A DNA stretch of 64,000 nt. It comes from Octopus vulgaris. Taxonomy: Eukaryota. Below the pieces are notes generated by a model. The model ran no database searches, was not told the DNA's origin, and was given only the letters and a program-made list of their open reading frames with translations. Positions within the stretch are counted from its first letter, which is position 1, and each line of letters starts with the position of its first letter. Position numbers and translations under genes: made by a program. The DNA lies in NCBI GenBank assembly GCA_951406725.2, contig OX597835.1, positions 44,578,001 to 44,642,000 of the forward strand, given 5' to 3'. Below are positions 1 through 13,300 of the stretch, piece by piece.

Positions 1-478
1 ATGTAGTTATCCTCTCGCTAAAATGGGGTATTTTAAGGAAGCATGTGTTGCTGGGAAGCTGCTCGTATAATACTTAACTTAGAAGCAGCGCTATGGATGT
101 ACCAGCACACACGAGATATAGACATGGCCGACCTCACACACTTCTATTAGGGAATACTGCAGTGTTCTTGAAATAAAGAGGATGTTTACACTTTCGAATA
201 CTCAGGCAGAAAGGAAATTTTTACGTATTCACAGAAGTTGTAAATATTAAAGTTATTAAAGCTGATCGTTTGCGTATTCAGAAACTGAGGATATGTAAGT
301 TTCTTATCTTAATTTGAGGGAATTTCAAATACAGGAAATTGTAGATATTCCAGGCTTTGAGAGTTATTTTTCTGTTGTGCTGCTGGGTTGTATTTGTGTT
401 TCTATGTCTTCAGCTTCTGACTGGTCAGAGGAACGAAGAACACGTCCAGACGCTGTCGAGGCTGGTGCTTGATTCTTC

Positions 479-515
<37 letters not shown>

Positions 516-876
516 GAGTGAGAGAGCAGTTCATGCCATCAAAGTGACACTGGGGTAAAATATACGAAGCCCAATATACCCATCATGACTACCCGTCTGA
601 TAAGGGTACACCAGGCACATGCATCACAAACATATGTGCACGACATGGTGATCTCATATCAAGATAAACAGCACATGACCTTGCAGGTGGGGCCCAGTTA
701 GAATTTTCTTCTGGTCGAGTAACCCATCCCACTCAAAAGGTCCCTGAATAAGGGTTGTTTAAGGATGTTGAAAGAACCACCTATGTTTCCAGAGGTGAAT
801 TATTCAAACCCCAAAGAATCCCTCTCAACACATGGCTATGATGCTCCCCCACTACTTCTGCTCGTGATCAGAGATG

Positions 877-878
<2 letters not shown>
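516..878 (-). mobile_element. 5'-truncated non-LTR retroelement 3' end inserted in (AAT)n (probably R4/Dong-clade 3' UTR)
   Basis: Reverse complement of part of 29191-29736, with the same 3' end (ctgctctctcactc-(aat)n); (TTA)n on both sides. Confidence 0.65.
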
Positions 879-921
<43 letters not shown>

Positions 922-1124
922 CATTATTATTATTATTATTATTTTGGTTTTTTTTCCTGCGCCAGTCAAAATGCTGTGGAGCATTTTTTGCGACATTTTA
1001 GGTTCTGAGTTCAAATCATATAGATTACGAATTTGCCCTCCAACTTTTGCAAATATAAAGTACCATCAAATACAGAAATCAATTAAAACATTGCTTTCAG
1101 AAATGATGACCATCATCGCCAAAA

Positions 1125-1620
1125 TTACGACGACGACGACTACAAACACCACCTCAACCACCACCACCACCACAACCACCACCGCCACCACCACCTCCAC
1201 CACCTCCACCACCACCACAACATCCACCACCACCTCCACCACCACCTCCACCACCACCACAACAACAACATCACCACCACCACCAACAACAACAACAACA
1301 TCACCACCACCACCACCACTGCCACCATCACCGCCACCTCTACCATCACTACCACCACCACTACCATCATCTTCGCCGCTTTTGTCATCGTCCTCATCAT
1401 CATCGTCCTTTCAATATCGTCCACCATCGACGCCATCATCATCACCCGCACCACTGTCTTCATCATAACTGTGTTCTTTCGCATTATCGTCGTCATCATC
1501 AGCATTATCATCTTCATGACCATCATCATCATTATTTGCTGCATTATCGTTATCTTCATCCTCGTCCTCAACATTATCGTCTTCGCTGTTCTCCTCCTCA
1601 TCCCGATATCGCCATCATCA
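1125..1620. repeat. Degenerate (CAC/CAA/CAT)n trinucleotide low-complexity tract
   Basis: Visible triplet repeats; source of the spurious poly-T/P/S and poly-V/I ORFs. Confidence 0.9.
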
Positions 1621-2140
1621 GAAGAAATTATCATTGATATTATGTTTATTTTATTTCATATCAAAGAGAACGATATCGTTATCTCTTCTGGAGGTTTTCT
1701 TAATATTTTATTGTTACAGCACATGTGAACAGTATCTGTGAACATGAAATAAAGGTTACAGAGAAAAATCTATAACATACGAGGAGATAAAGGCTATGCA
1801 GATTAAATGATTCTAAATTGATATCACGTCATTTATGATGCGTTGATAAATATATTCATAATGAAAAATTGATAATTCATTTTAATATTGTCAATAAGTT
1901 TATCTGCGTTTGTATTAGAAATCAATATTGTTAAATAAGATAGTATTGTTCAAAGAATACAATTCTGTTTCATATAGTGAAGGCAGATGTAAATATGGTG
2001 GAAAACGAAATGACGCTAAGAAAACACAAGATGTGTATATGTGCGTATATATATGTGTGTGCCTGTATGCATTATGTATATATATATATTTATATATGCG
2101 TGTTTGTGCATATGTGTCTATATGTCTGCCTGTGTCTGTG

Positions 2141-2200
<60 letters not shown>

Positions 2201-2420
2201 AATCTATCTATCTATGTACATGTATATGTTTATGTGTATGTAGGTCTATAATAATATATATGTGTTTGTTAATATACACGTTCATATATGTATGTTTATA
2301 GAGTTATATACATATGTGAATCTATATCTCCGTCTAGGTACCTATGTATCTATAAAAATATGTATATATTATGTACTCCTATACACATATACTTACATAC
2401 GTACGCAGACGGACACATGT

Positions 2421-2478
<58 letters not shown>

Positions 2479-2502
2479 ATATGTATCCGTCTGTGTACGT
2501 AA

Positions 2503-2553
<51 letters not shown>

Positions 2554-2694
2554 ATTATATATACATTGTCAATCCACATCACACTGTTAGGAACATAGGC
2601 CCGGTTTCCTGGTTTCTCTGGCATGTATATAATCCTCCCTGGATGCGAGTGGTGTGGAATGAAGTGTTTAGCTGAACAACACAATACAACGCGC

Positions 2695-2776
<82 letters not shown>

Positions 2777-2870
2777 CTGAAAATATTCAGATTAACGCAT
2801 TTGATTTAACATATTGATAATTTATATCCACTACAAAAATGAATCACAATAGATAACAATAACAACCCCT

Positions 2871-2937
<67 letters not shown>

Positions 2938-2938
<1 letters not shown>

Positions 2939-3250
2939 GGCCCCCTTCGGTCATGAGTGACCATGGGTTTGCACCTAGAGAGTTACCCTCTGAGGCACAA
3001 GTCTGGGCAAGGTTGTTTTATGGAAGACCAGTAGTCGCCCATGCATACCGGCCTCCCTCTCCACGGCACCAGTGTTATCCAAGGGAAAGACAAAGGTCGA
3101 TACAGCTTGGCACCTGTGACGTCGCAACTCATTTCTACAGCTGAGTGAACTGGAGCAACGTGAAATAAAGTGTCTTGCTCAAGAACACAACACGCAGCCC
3201 GGTCCGGGATTCGAGCTCACAACCTCAAGATCGTAAGCTCGACGCTCTAA
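2938..3250 (-). mobile_element. tRNA-headed SINE (V-domain-like family) inserted in (AAT)n
   Basis: Minus strand has B-box-like gagctcgaatccc followed by gtgttgtgttcttgagcaagacacttt...cactcagctgtagaaatgag; related copies at 38808-39115 and 47920-48113. Confidence 0.7.
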
Positions 3251-3303
3251 TAATAATAATAATAATAATGATAATAATAATAATAAAATAATAATAATAA
3301 TAA

Positions 3304-3373
<70 letters not shown>

Positions 3374-3374
3374 T

Positions 3375-3570
3375 GAGCATCGAAAAATACCTTAGAAATG
3401 TGAACCCAGGTTCGAAATTTCCCCAAGACACCTGATGGAGGCTCGAGTGTATACCAATCGAAACGTTGTGTTAACAACAAAATAGATGAGGACAAATATC
3501 CGTCAAATGTAAATAATATAAATGATGTAAATAATGTACATAATTCCTCATCCCTTAAATATAGACCTGA
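3375..3570 (+). mobile_element. 3' part of the tRNA-head/hammerhead element (degenerate HHR at 3427-3472)
   Basis: Homologous to 62440-62600 and 61700-61885; gacacCTGATGG...GAAACGTTgtgtt. Confidence 0.75.
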
Positions 3571-3609
3571 ATATAAATATAATTTTATATACATTTTATT
3601 ATGTTATCA

Positions 3610-3809
3610 CTTTCCTTGTGTCAGTAAATACACTGCGGTCATGCTGGATTCTTTAGCTGCAGAAATCGACCCCACGACTTATTCTTTGTAAGCTTAGTAC
3701 TTATTCTATCATGTATTTTGACGAACCACTAAGTGAAAAGGGGACGTAAACACACCAACAACGGTTGCCAAGCAATGATAGGGAGACAAACACATACACA
3801 CATAATAAA

Positions 3810-3859
<50 letters not shown>

Positions 3860-3975
3860 ACAGGCTTCTTTCTGTTTCCGTCCACTCAGAAGACATTGAT
3901 CGGACCTAAGGCGCAGTGGAACTGAACTCGGAACATATGGGAAGCTAGCATCTTACTATCTTACTACACAGGCAC
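3610..3975 (-). mobile_element. Major tRNA-derived SINE family (SINE-A), degenerate copy
   Basis: Matches the reverse complement of 26574-26977, with internal (TA)n. Confidence 0.75.
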
Positions 3976-3981
3976 GTCTAC

Positions 3982-4059
<78 letters not shown>

Positions 4060-4101
4060 GTATATATACCAATATATATATATATATGTATGTATGTATA
4101 T

Positions 4102-4303
4102 ATCATTTTTGTTTCAGTTAGTTGACTGTGGCCATGATGGAGCACCGCATTTTAGTCGAACAAATCGACCACTAGACTTATTCTTTGTAAGCCTGGAGCT
4201 TACTATATCAGTATCTTCTATTGAACCGCTAGGTTACGGGGATGTAAACACACCAACATCGGTTATTAAGCGATGGTCGGGTGAGGGTGGTGACAAATAC
4301 AGA
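4102..4303 (-). mobile_element. SINE-A, 3' half
   Basis: gactgtggccatgatggagcaccgc...gacttattctttgtaagcc matches the SINE-A 3' region. Confidence 0.75.
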
Positions 4304-4304
4304 T

Positions 4305-4567
4305 GCTAAAGATGAACTGAAGGCAAGGATTATTGCAGCATTCCCCAACTTAAGCAAGGACACCGTCCAGACGAGTTGCAGGAAAATCCCAAGTCGTCTC
4401 GAGGCCGTGGTTGAAGCCAATGGCGGTTTCACTGAATAAACGTATTCTTCAGTATTTGAAGATGTTTCTATGTTATTTTGGGTAAATATATCAGCTAAAA
4501 TGAGATGTTAGTGTTATCTTCATCTTTGCGATTTTTTTCTATGACAATATATTCACCGCACCCTGTA
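4305..4567 (+). pseudogene. Tc1/mariner-superfamily transposase C-terminus plus right TIR
   Basis: Translates KDELKARIIAAFPNLSKDTVQTSCRKIPSRLEAVVEANGGFTE*; ends cgcaccctg-TA. Confidence 0.75.
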
Positions 4568-4953
4568 GTGGCTGTGTGGTAAGTAGCTCGCTAATCAACC
4601 ACATGGTTCCGGGTTCAGTCCTACTGCGTGGCATCTTGGGCAAGTATCTTCTGCTATAGCCCCGGGCCGACCAATGTCTTGTGAGTGGATTTGGTAGACG
4701 GAAACTGAAAGAAGCCTGTCGTATATATGTATATATATATATGTGTGTGTTTGTGTGTGTGTGTTTGTCCCCCTAGCATTGCTTGACAACCGATGCTGGT
4801 GTGTTTACGTCCCCGTCACCTAGCGGTTCGGCAAAAGAGACCGATAGAATAAGTACTGGGCTTACAAAGAATAGGTCCCAGGGTCGATTTGCTCGAGTAA
4901 AGGCGGTGCTCCAGCATGGCCGCAGTCAAAATGACTGAAACAAGTAAAAGAGT
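4566..4953 (+). mobile_element. SINE-A, near full length
   Basis: A box tggctgtgtgg, B box ggttcagtcct, ttgggcaagt core, internal (TA)/(TG), tail aaacaagtaaaagag. Confidence 0.9.
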
Positions 4954-5008
4954 ATGTTACATACATACATACATACATACGTATATATATATACATACAC
5001 ACACACAA

Positions 5009-5054
<46 letters not shown>

Positions 5055-5056
<2 letters not shown>

Positions 5057-5461
5057 TGTGTGGTAAGTAGCTTGTTTACCAACCAAATGGTTCCGGGTTC
5101 AGTCCCACTGCGTGGCACCTTGGGCAAGTGTCTTCTACGATAGCCTCGGGCCCGACCAAAGCCTTGTGAGTGGATTTGGTAGACGGAAACTGAAAGAAGC
5201 CCGTCGTATGTATGTATGTATGTATGTATATATATATATATATATATATGCGTGTGTGTGTTTGTGTGTCTGCGTTTGTCCCCCTAGAATTGCTTGACAA
5301 CCGATGCTGGTGTGTTTATGTCCCCGTTACTTAGCGGTCCGGCAAAAGAGACCGATAGAATAAGTACTGGGCTTATACGGGGTAGAGTTGCTCGATTAAA
5401 GGCGGTGCTCCAGCATGGCCGCAGTCAAATGACTGAAACTAATAAAAAGAGTAAAAAGAGT
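5055..5461 (+). mobile_element. SINE-A, near full length
   Basis: Same architecture as 4566-4953. Confidence 0.9.
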
Positions 5462-6721
5462 ATATATATATATATATATATATAAAAAGTAATTTAATAG
5501 AATATATAACAGCCAACTGTCACATTGTTCTATAGAATGTTTCATTTCCACCTAAATACCAAAGCTGTGTTAGCGGGTTTCGCCGACATCTCTACACTTA
5601 TTGGTAACCTGTCAACGTATTTACTCTACCTACCAAACCAATTAGAGACACAATGAGTGATGCATATTCTAAAAGCCAGTCCAATCTCCACTTCCAGAGC
5701 TGAGAAGTAGCAATGTCTTATCTTCTTTGCGCTTTGTCAATTGCTGTTACTATGGCAAATTATTAGATCAATATTGTCCTTTTTATTCATTATGAAATTA
5801 TGCCAGTTATATTCTGTCTAAGCTAATAATCTGCCTGCGTGTTTTTACCTATGTTTATCACAGTCTTCATCTAATCTAATATAACTGGACGATGTGGTGG
5901 TATTGGGTGTTATGTATCAAACAGAGCCAACTCACTTCATGAAATATTTCTTCTAAGCACATATATATTTATGGATTTCCAGCAAGTTGTCCAGGTTAAT
6001 AACATATATGTCGTCAAACTTTTGAACAGTTTATTTTCTCCCCTCATCGTCACGTTTAGTAACTGCAGTCCCGCGTTCTTTAGTATGTCAGAATATATTA
6101 CTTCTGACTGTCAAACTACGAAACACTTTCTGTATACTGACCGACTGTAGGTTCAATTTATAGATGTATGTTTGTAGTGTTGCTACTGGATTTATTTTTT
6201 TTTTTAAAAACTCATATCAGCCCCGAACTGGGATGTTTAATGTCAAACAACTTGCGACTATAAAAGCGAATATTCCGAGAATATAAAATGCAGTTAATTT
6301 AAAATCAAACTATTGTTAACTTTGTGTTTCAGACTCATGTCAGAGGTAAAAATCATATCAAAGCTACGTTTTGAATTTACTTTGGTATTCTGCATTCCGA
6401 GTTCAAATCTAGCAAACTTTGATGGTGAGCACCTTATTTGAGATTCGAGACTATACGGTCAATTCGATGATCATTTCCACGTGATTTGAGAGAGATTTAA
6501 GGGTGATTTGGCAGCTACTTTTATGAAATCAAACAATATAATCTTATATATTTTTCCTGTTTAGGGTGATGTTAGGGCGCTGCTTTGAAGGGTTTTGTCA
6601 AACAAACAATCCCCGTTGTTATTTCTTTAAGTCTGACATTTATTGTTTCAAACCATTTTACGATTGACACATTTCAATTTATTAACATAATATTGTATTA
6701 CTATTATAATATAATATGATA

Positions 6722-7117
6722 TCATTATATATAAAAGTGAAGTTGTGTGTCTGTCTCCTACGATTTAGATTCCTAACTACTCCCACATTTTGCAGTGCAG
6801 TGTAACCAAAAGTGGGTACCTTATAGTCGTGATTCATATCGAGCCCTTCTGGGTATTAGCGCGCGTCTACGATGAGTCTACGATTTAAAAAAAAATTACC
6901 ATCATTTTTTCCGATTTGTAATGCATTTTATTGCTATTATATAAAGGAAGTAACTCTCTAAAATTTTATTATTAAATCTCAGAACGTAAAAAGCTACAGT
7001 AACACCCCCCCCTTTGTGGTTAGCCATATTGAGATAGCTATTATACTTTACATCTCTAAAAATGCTTATATAGTTATTTCCCTTACAAACCCGAACAACG
7101 CCGGGCGATACTGCTAT
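6722..7117 (+). mobile_element. Non-autonomous Helitron
   Basis: 5' a|TC start, subterminal hairpin cccgaacaacgccggg, degenerate CTAT end; homologous to 7318-7681 and 22378-22774. Confidence 0.8.
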
Positions 7118-7317
7118 TAATATAAATATAAATATTATAATCCTACAATTGGTTCAATTCAAACCCAATAATAAAGTTATAAAAATTCATATTTATCGGT
7201 AAGAATCTCTTCAGGGAAATGTTTGACAACAATTACACGTAAGGAGTTTTAGATCCTAGAAAAGACTGAATTAAATACGTTTATGTGTGTAAGCGTGAGC
7301 GTCAATGAGTAAAAATA

Positions 7318-7681
7318 TCTTTATATATAAAAGTGAAGTTGTGTGAGTGTCTGTCTCCTACGATTTAGATTCCTAACTACCATATTTTGCGGTGCAGTTT
7401 AACCAAAACCGGGTATCTTATAGTCGTGATTCATATCGAGCCCTTCTGGGTATTAGCGCGCATCTACGATGAGTCTACGATTTAAAAAAAAAATTACCAT
7501 CGTTTTTTCCATTTTAATGCATTTTATCGCTATTATATAAGGAAAGTAACTCTCTAAAAATGTCTACGATGAGTCAACCATTTTAATGCATTTTTTTGCT
7601 ATTTTTTGGCTATAACTCTCTAAAAATGCTTATATAGTTATTTCCCTTACAAACCCGAGCAACGCCGGGCGATACTGCTAG
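7318..7681 (+). mobile_element. Non-autonomous Helitron
   Basis: A|TC...cccgagcaacgccggg-cgatactg-CTAG|T: canonical Helitron termini, inserted between A and T. Confidence 0.85.
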
Positions 7682-8231
7682 TATATAATAAAATGTACAA
7701 TAAAAAGGAAAAATTAAAATAAATAAAAGACAAATATATTAAATAAAATTGGTTTGGGAAGACTGACATCTGTGTGTGTTCGTGTGCGTGCGCATAACTG
7801 TACGAGACTGTGTGTGTGTGTGTGCGTACCTGCGTGAGACTCTGTGTGTGTGTATGTGCGTGTATGATGCAATAACTGGATGTGTATGTTGGTATCTGTA
7901 TGTGTAACGTACACACTGCGTGTGGATTGTCTGCTGATACTTGTGTGTGTGTGTGTATGTGTGTGTGTGCACACGCGTGTGTGTATGTAAGAGTTGTTAT
8001 CTGTGTACGCTTGTGTAGCAATATATGACTCTAATTGTCTGCCGATGTCTGTGCATATGTGTGTATGTGTGTTTATATATTTATGCATGTGTGTATTTAT
8101 AAATCGAATGGAATGTGTGTATGTGTACGTAACACTATGTGACTCTGTTTGAGTGTGTATGTGCGTATGTCGCTATCTGCGTGCGTTTGTGTAACAATAG
8201 GAGACTATGCAAATGCCAGCTGGTATCTGCT

Positions 8232-8590
8232 GGCGCGTGGCTTAGAGGTTAGGGTACTCGGCTCGTGATTTGAGTTCGAAAACCGGCGGCGTGTTTTCAC
8301 ACGGTATGCCTCCAGTCCACTCTGTTCGCAAAAGTGGATTCTACCTGTAAGTCATACGGGCCAGCCTTGTACATATATCATGACGAATATGTGTGTGTCT
8401 GTATTTATTCCCCACCACCACTTGACGACACGTGCTGGTATGTTTGGATTCCTGTAAGCATACAGTACGGCAATAGGGACCGATAGAATAAGTACCATGA
8501 TTTAAAAGTAAGTCCTGGTGTCGATTCTTTAGACTAGACATTCTAAAAGACGGTGCCCCGGTGTGGCCGCAGTCTAGTGATCAGCAACTA
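8232..8590 (+). mobile_element. Older tRNA-headed SINE sharing the SINE-A 3' region
   Basis: ggcgcgtggcttagaggttag A box, gagttcgaaaac B box, gaccgatagaataagtac tail. Confidence 0.6.
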
Positions 8591-8600
8591 GCAAAATATA

Positions 8601-9010
8601 CAGGAGCGGTTGTGTGGTAAGTAGCTTGCATACCAACCACACGGTTCTTGGTTCAGTCCCACTGCGTGGCACCTTGGGCAAGTGTCTTCTACAATGGTCT
8701 CGGGCCAACCAAAGCCCTAGGAGTGGATTTGGTAGGCGGAAACTGAAAGAAGTCCGTTGTATATATGTATATGTATATATGTATATGTATATATATGTAT
8801 ATGTGCGTATATGTTTGTGTGTCTGTGTTTGTCCCCCCAACATCGCTTGACCACCGTAACTTAGCGGTTCGGCTAAAGAGACCGATAGTATAAGTACTCG
8901 GCTTACAAAGAATAAGTCCTGGGATCGATTTTCTCGACTACAGGCGGTGCCCTAGCGTGGCCGCAGTCAAATGACTGAAACAAGTAAAAAAGTAAAAAAG
9001 AGAGAATAAA
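8601..9010 (+). mobile_element. SINE-A
   Basis: A/B boxes, accttgggcaagtgtcttctac core, internal microsatellite, standard tail. Confidence 0.9.
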
Positions 9011-9815
9011 AGAAATAACCATCTTAGGTTGAATTTTCTTCTGTGCATGAAGATCTGAAGAAATTCTTTAAAATTTACAAATTGTTCTTACTGGAGTTTG
9101 CTGCTGTTTGGTTGTTTGTTTGGCTGTGAGTCAACCCCTTTCATGCAGGGATATCTGTGAGTCATAACGTGTCATGCAACGATGTCAACGATATCCCATT
9201 CCTGGGCATCGGGTCTTTTATTCAGACATGGATTTCCAAGACTGTCTTCATTGTTCAATATATTCATCTAAAAATAAAATGGTTTTCTGTGATGTGAAAA
9301 CAACACGACTGCTATGTCTATGAAATTGCGCGACCGCATAGTGATGTTTCCTGCTAATTCGACAAATTGGGACTTTGACAATTCAATTCTTTCTTGATTT
9401 TATCAAGACTTTGTTTATACCATTGCATATAATTATGTTCTTTTAGATTTCTTCCGAAGATATAAAATTAATCATAAAAGTAGAAAACCAAGAAAAAAAA
9501 AAACAAACAGAAAAACGTCTAAAAAGAGAAACAACAAAATTGAAAAGCTGAAGTGTCACGTTTGTTGTGAAGACAATCATTGATGTTGTTATTAAGTTCG
9601 ATACAGCTGCACCTTTGGTTATTAAACCAATTCGGTGTTCAATGCGGATGATTGGGGACCCGAAGAAATGGCAGCGAGAGGAAAAGGAATAAACATCTTC
9701 AACATACGTCAAGAGATTGCTTCACTTTCTTTAGCTCTACACCTAAACACACACGTGTATATATTCATACATACATACATACATATATATATGTATGTAT
9801 ACATACATACATTAA

Positions 9816-9855
<40 letters not shown>

Positions 9856-9864
9856 CATAAATAC

Positions 9865-9920
<56 letters not shown>

Positions 9921-9969
9921 GTATACATACATACATTAATATATGTATGTATATATATACATACATACA

Positions 9970-10005
<36 letters not shown>

Positions 10006-10415
10006 TATACATATATGTATGTAGGTATGTATCTCTGTACTATTCTTGTTAAAGAATAATGTATATTTGTGTTGTGTCTTGGGAGTGTTTTTGCGCCAAT
10101 ATTAATAAATTGTTGAAAAGGATGAAAATGACAGCAAAAGAACTGTGAAGAATAAAAAAAAAGCAACAAACAAACAAACGACTGACTGTTTAACCAACAA
10201 TTCAAACGCGGAATCGATTAGTTAGTTGCTTAGGTATTTAACCAGTTGGCTAAAAACAAAGGAGTGGAACTGAACCCGAGCGTGCGTTCTAAATATTGGC
10301 GTAATGACTATCCCTAGACACAACAAATTTTGCTTCAACACACGAAGTCACATTAAGAATCTTCCAAACAAAATACAAAAGCCAAATATTATATATCTAC
10401 GTACATAGTACATAC

Positions 10416-10502
<87 letters not shown>

Positions 10503-10503
<1 letters not shown>

Positions 10504-10700
10504 CATCATCATCATCATCATCGTCGTTTAACGTCCGTTTTCCGCGCTAGCACGGGTTGGACGGTTCGACCGGGGTCTGGGAAGCCAGAGGCTGCACCAG
10601 GCTCCAGTCTGATCTGGCGGAGTTTCTACAGCTGGATGCCCTTCCTAACGCCAACCACTCCGCGAGTGTAGTGGGTGCTTTTTACGTGCCACCTGCACGT
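10503..10700 (-). mobile_element. 3' end of a retroposon (SINE or LINE) with (GAT)n tail
   Basis: Minus strand ggcgttaggaagggcatccagctgtagaaac...ggacgttaaacgac(gat)n. Confidence 0.6.
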
Positions 10701-11689
10701 ATATATATATATATTGAATAAAGATTTAGTGTCATCATAACTGTTATTCTGTACCGATGAAGTGAAATAACCCAGAAACCATTGATACACAGATATTACT
10801 TTAGAGTTGAGCGAGGACACTAAACCTTCCTTGTTCGAAAATATAAGGACGCAGACAGTGTGTCGATAGCCAGGTGAGTAGGATGTTTCCAGGGGCTACA
10901 TAAAAAACTTTAATCCTCACGAGGACTGCCACAATATGTTGGCAAATAATCTTTTCTATTCATATAAATATACACACACACAGACACACACACTCACTGA
11001 CACCCCCCCCCATATATATATATATATATAAATTCTAAAGTATCTAGGGAGCTTAACCAAATAGGCAACATATTGCAGAATATATATTAAACGCGAGGCT
11101 ACCATATGCACCTGTTTGCTAGAAAGAGGAGTTAAAATTCCCCAAAGCAACTCATTTCTCACTACATGCATATTCATCTCTGAAGGTTGTTTGTTGTTCA
11201 GCTCTCATTTTAGTTGAGAACCGAGATGAGAAGGGATAATATGCATTAACGTACAGTTCGTGTGAAAAATCATAAATGTTAAATTTTACTTTTAATTAAT
11301 TCCCCATAAGAAAACGGTATTATCTACATGTTGGACTTGATTTCTTTATCAATAAAGAACACGTCTGAAACAGCTGTAGCGAAACTCAGACCATCTGTGT
11401 TATTAATTACAATTCACTATTCTAGAAGCCTTCCCTGCGTTGAATCCTGAGCCTACAGTGGGCCGTGAAATACATGGTGGAGTATACTCCTAGGTGACTT
11501 TACGTATACGCTATGTATCTGGTATATTCATGTGAATGTACCCGTAACGGGAAGAACAAATCCGTATTTGCCTTTGTAAATGTGAGTGTTTGTACACACT
11601 GTTACTGCACAGGTACGCGTTATGCACACACACACACACGCACGCGCGCAGGCACACAGACACACACATGTGTGTATGTCTTTACGTGT

Positions 11690-11897
11690 GTACTTATTCC
11701 TGCCATCAGCGCTCGACAACCACTGTAACTATCTTTATGTCTCCGTAACCTATCGGATAGGCATATGAGACCGATGCAATAAGTAATAGGCTTAAAAAGT
11801 AAGTCCCGAGTTTCATTTGGTTGGCTAAGATAAAATGCCCTTCAAAGTTTTGATCTAGTATGTTTACAGTCAAATGCACTGAGACAAATAAAAGAAT
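11690..11897 (+). mobile_element. SINE-A-related 3' half, degenerate
   Basis: gagaccgatgcaataagtaataggcttaaaaagtaagtccc...gagacaaataaaaga. Confidence 0.55.
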
Positions 11898-12498
11898 ATA
11901 ATATGGATGCCTGTATGTGTGTAAGTGTGTATGTATGTATGTATGCATTTATGTATGTATGAATGTATGTATGTATGTATGTATGCTTGTATGTATGTAT
12001 GCATATATGTATGCATGCGTTTATGTTTGTACATATATGGTGAAGTTATCGATACCGCTTTTATCTCTTAATGACTTCGAATGAAATCCAACTGACGTAT
12101 TTTCTGGGATATTCATCATAAATACTCTACGCCAGATTTGCATAATGTGGTATTAACTCGGATTTACTGATATTTGCTGTTCCTAGAATCACAAGAACCA
12201 AGGTAAAGCAACCTTCCTTGACATTGTAATCTGTCAAGTCGTTTAGTACTGTATCCCCTTTGATACAAAGGGCATTTACCAAAGGTTTTCATTTCGTGAC
12301 CATTTAGAGAAGGTATGTGATTACATCTTGTAGTATTTTATGCAACGTGGATTTCTTTTGTGATTTAAATTCATTCACGTGACATACGATTCAACTTTGC
12401 ACAAAGGCAGCTTTGCGAGCAGGTCAGGTGATAGCACATACCTGGTTTACTCACACATAGATGCATATTAAGTCCGTATTATACACACACACACACAC

Positions 12499-12551
<53 letters not shown>

Positions 12552-12552
12552 C

Positions 12553-12584
<32 letters not shown>

Positions 12585-12804
12585 CGTGTGCATATAGAAA
12601 CATGCACGCACAGTCACATATAAATATGTATGTATTTGTATGGATAAACTCGCATACATAATTAAATAGTAAATATTTCGCGTCTCAATAAATGTCCGAC
12701 TTTCTAAATACAGTTAAATGTTTGTTGCAAAGGGCACAATCACACTCACACACACACACACTCCCAACATACTGCCACTTGTGAATACAAGTAATTGTAT
12801 ACAC

Positions 12805-12824
12805 GTACATACATACATACATAC

Positions 12825-12855
<31 letters not shown>

Positions 12856-13300
12856 CATACATACTTACATACATACATACATACATACATACTACATATA
12901 TACGTACGGACGTACATACATACTACATATATACGTACGTACATACATATACACATACATACATATACAAACATGCATACATACATACATACATACATAC
13001 ATACATACTACATATATACGTACGTACGTACATACATACATACTACATATATATACGTACGTACGTACATACATATACACATACATACATATACATACAT
13101 ACATACATACATACACACATATATATACATACTACATACATACGTACGTACCTACACGCATACAAATACACATACATACATACATATACATACATACATA
13201 CATACATATATACATACATACATACACATACATACATACATACTACATACATACGTACGTACGTACATACATACATACATAAATACATACATACATATAT
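12805..13300. repeat. (TACA)n degenerate tetranucleotide tract
   Basis: Direct observation. Confidence 0.95.

Noticed and set aside
270-302. Possible 13-nt micro-exon (ttcAG aaactgaggatat GTAAGT)
   Set aside because: Splice-like words alone are expected by chance; no supporting frame or homology
944-1728. Mucin-like poly-Thr/Pro/Ser ORF and hydrophobic poly-Ile/Val ORFs
   Set aside because: Translations of degenerate trinucleotide microsatellite; open in several frames on both strands
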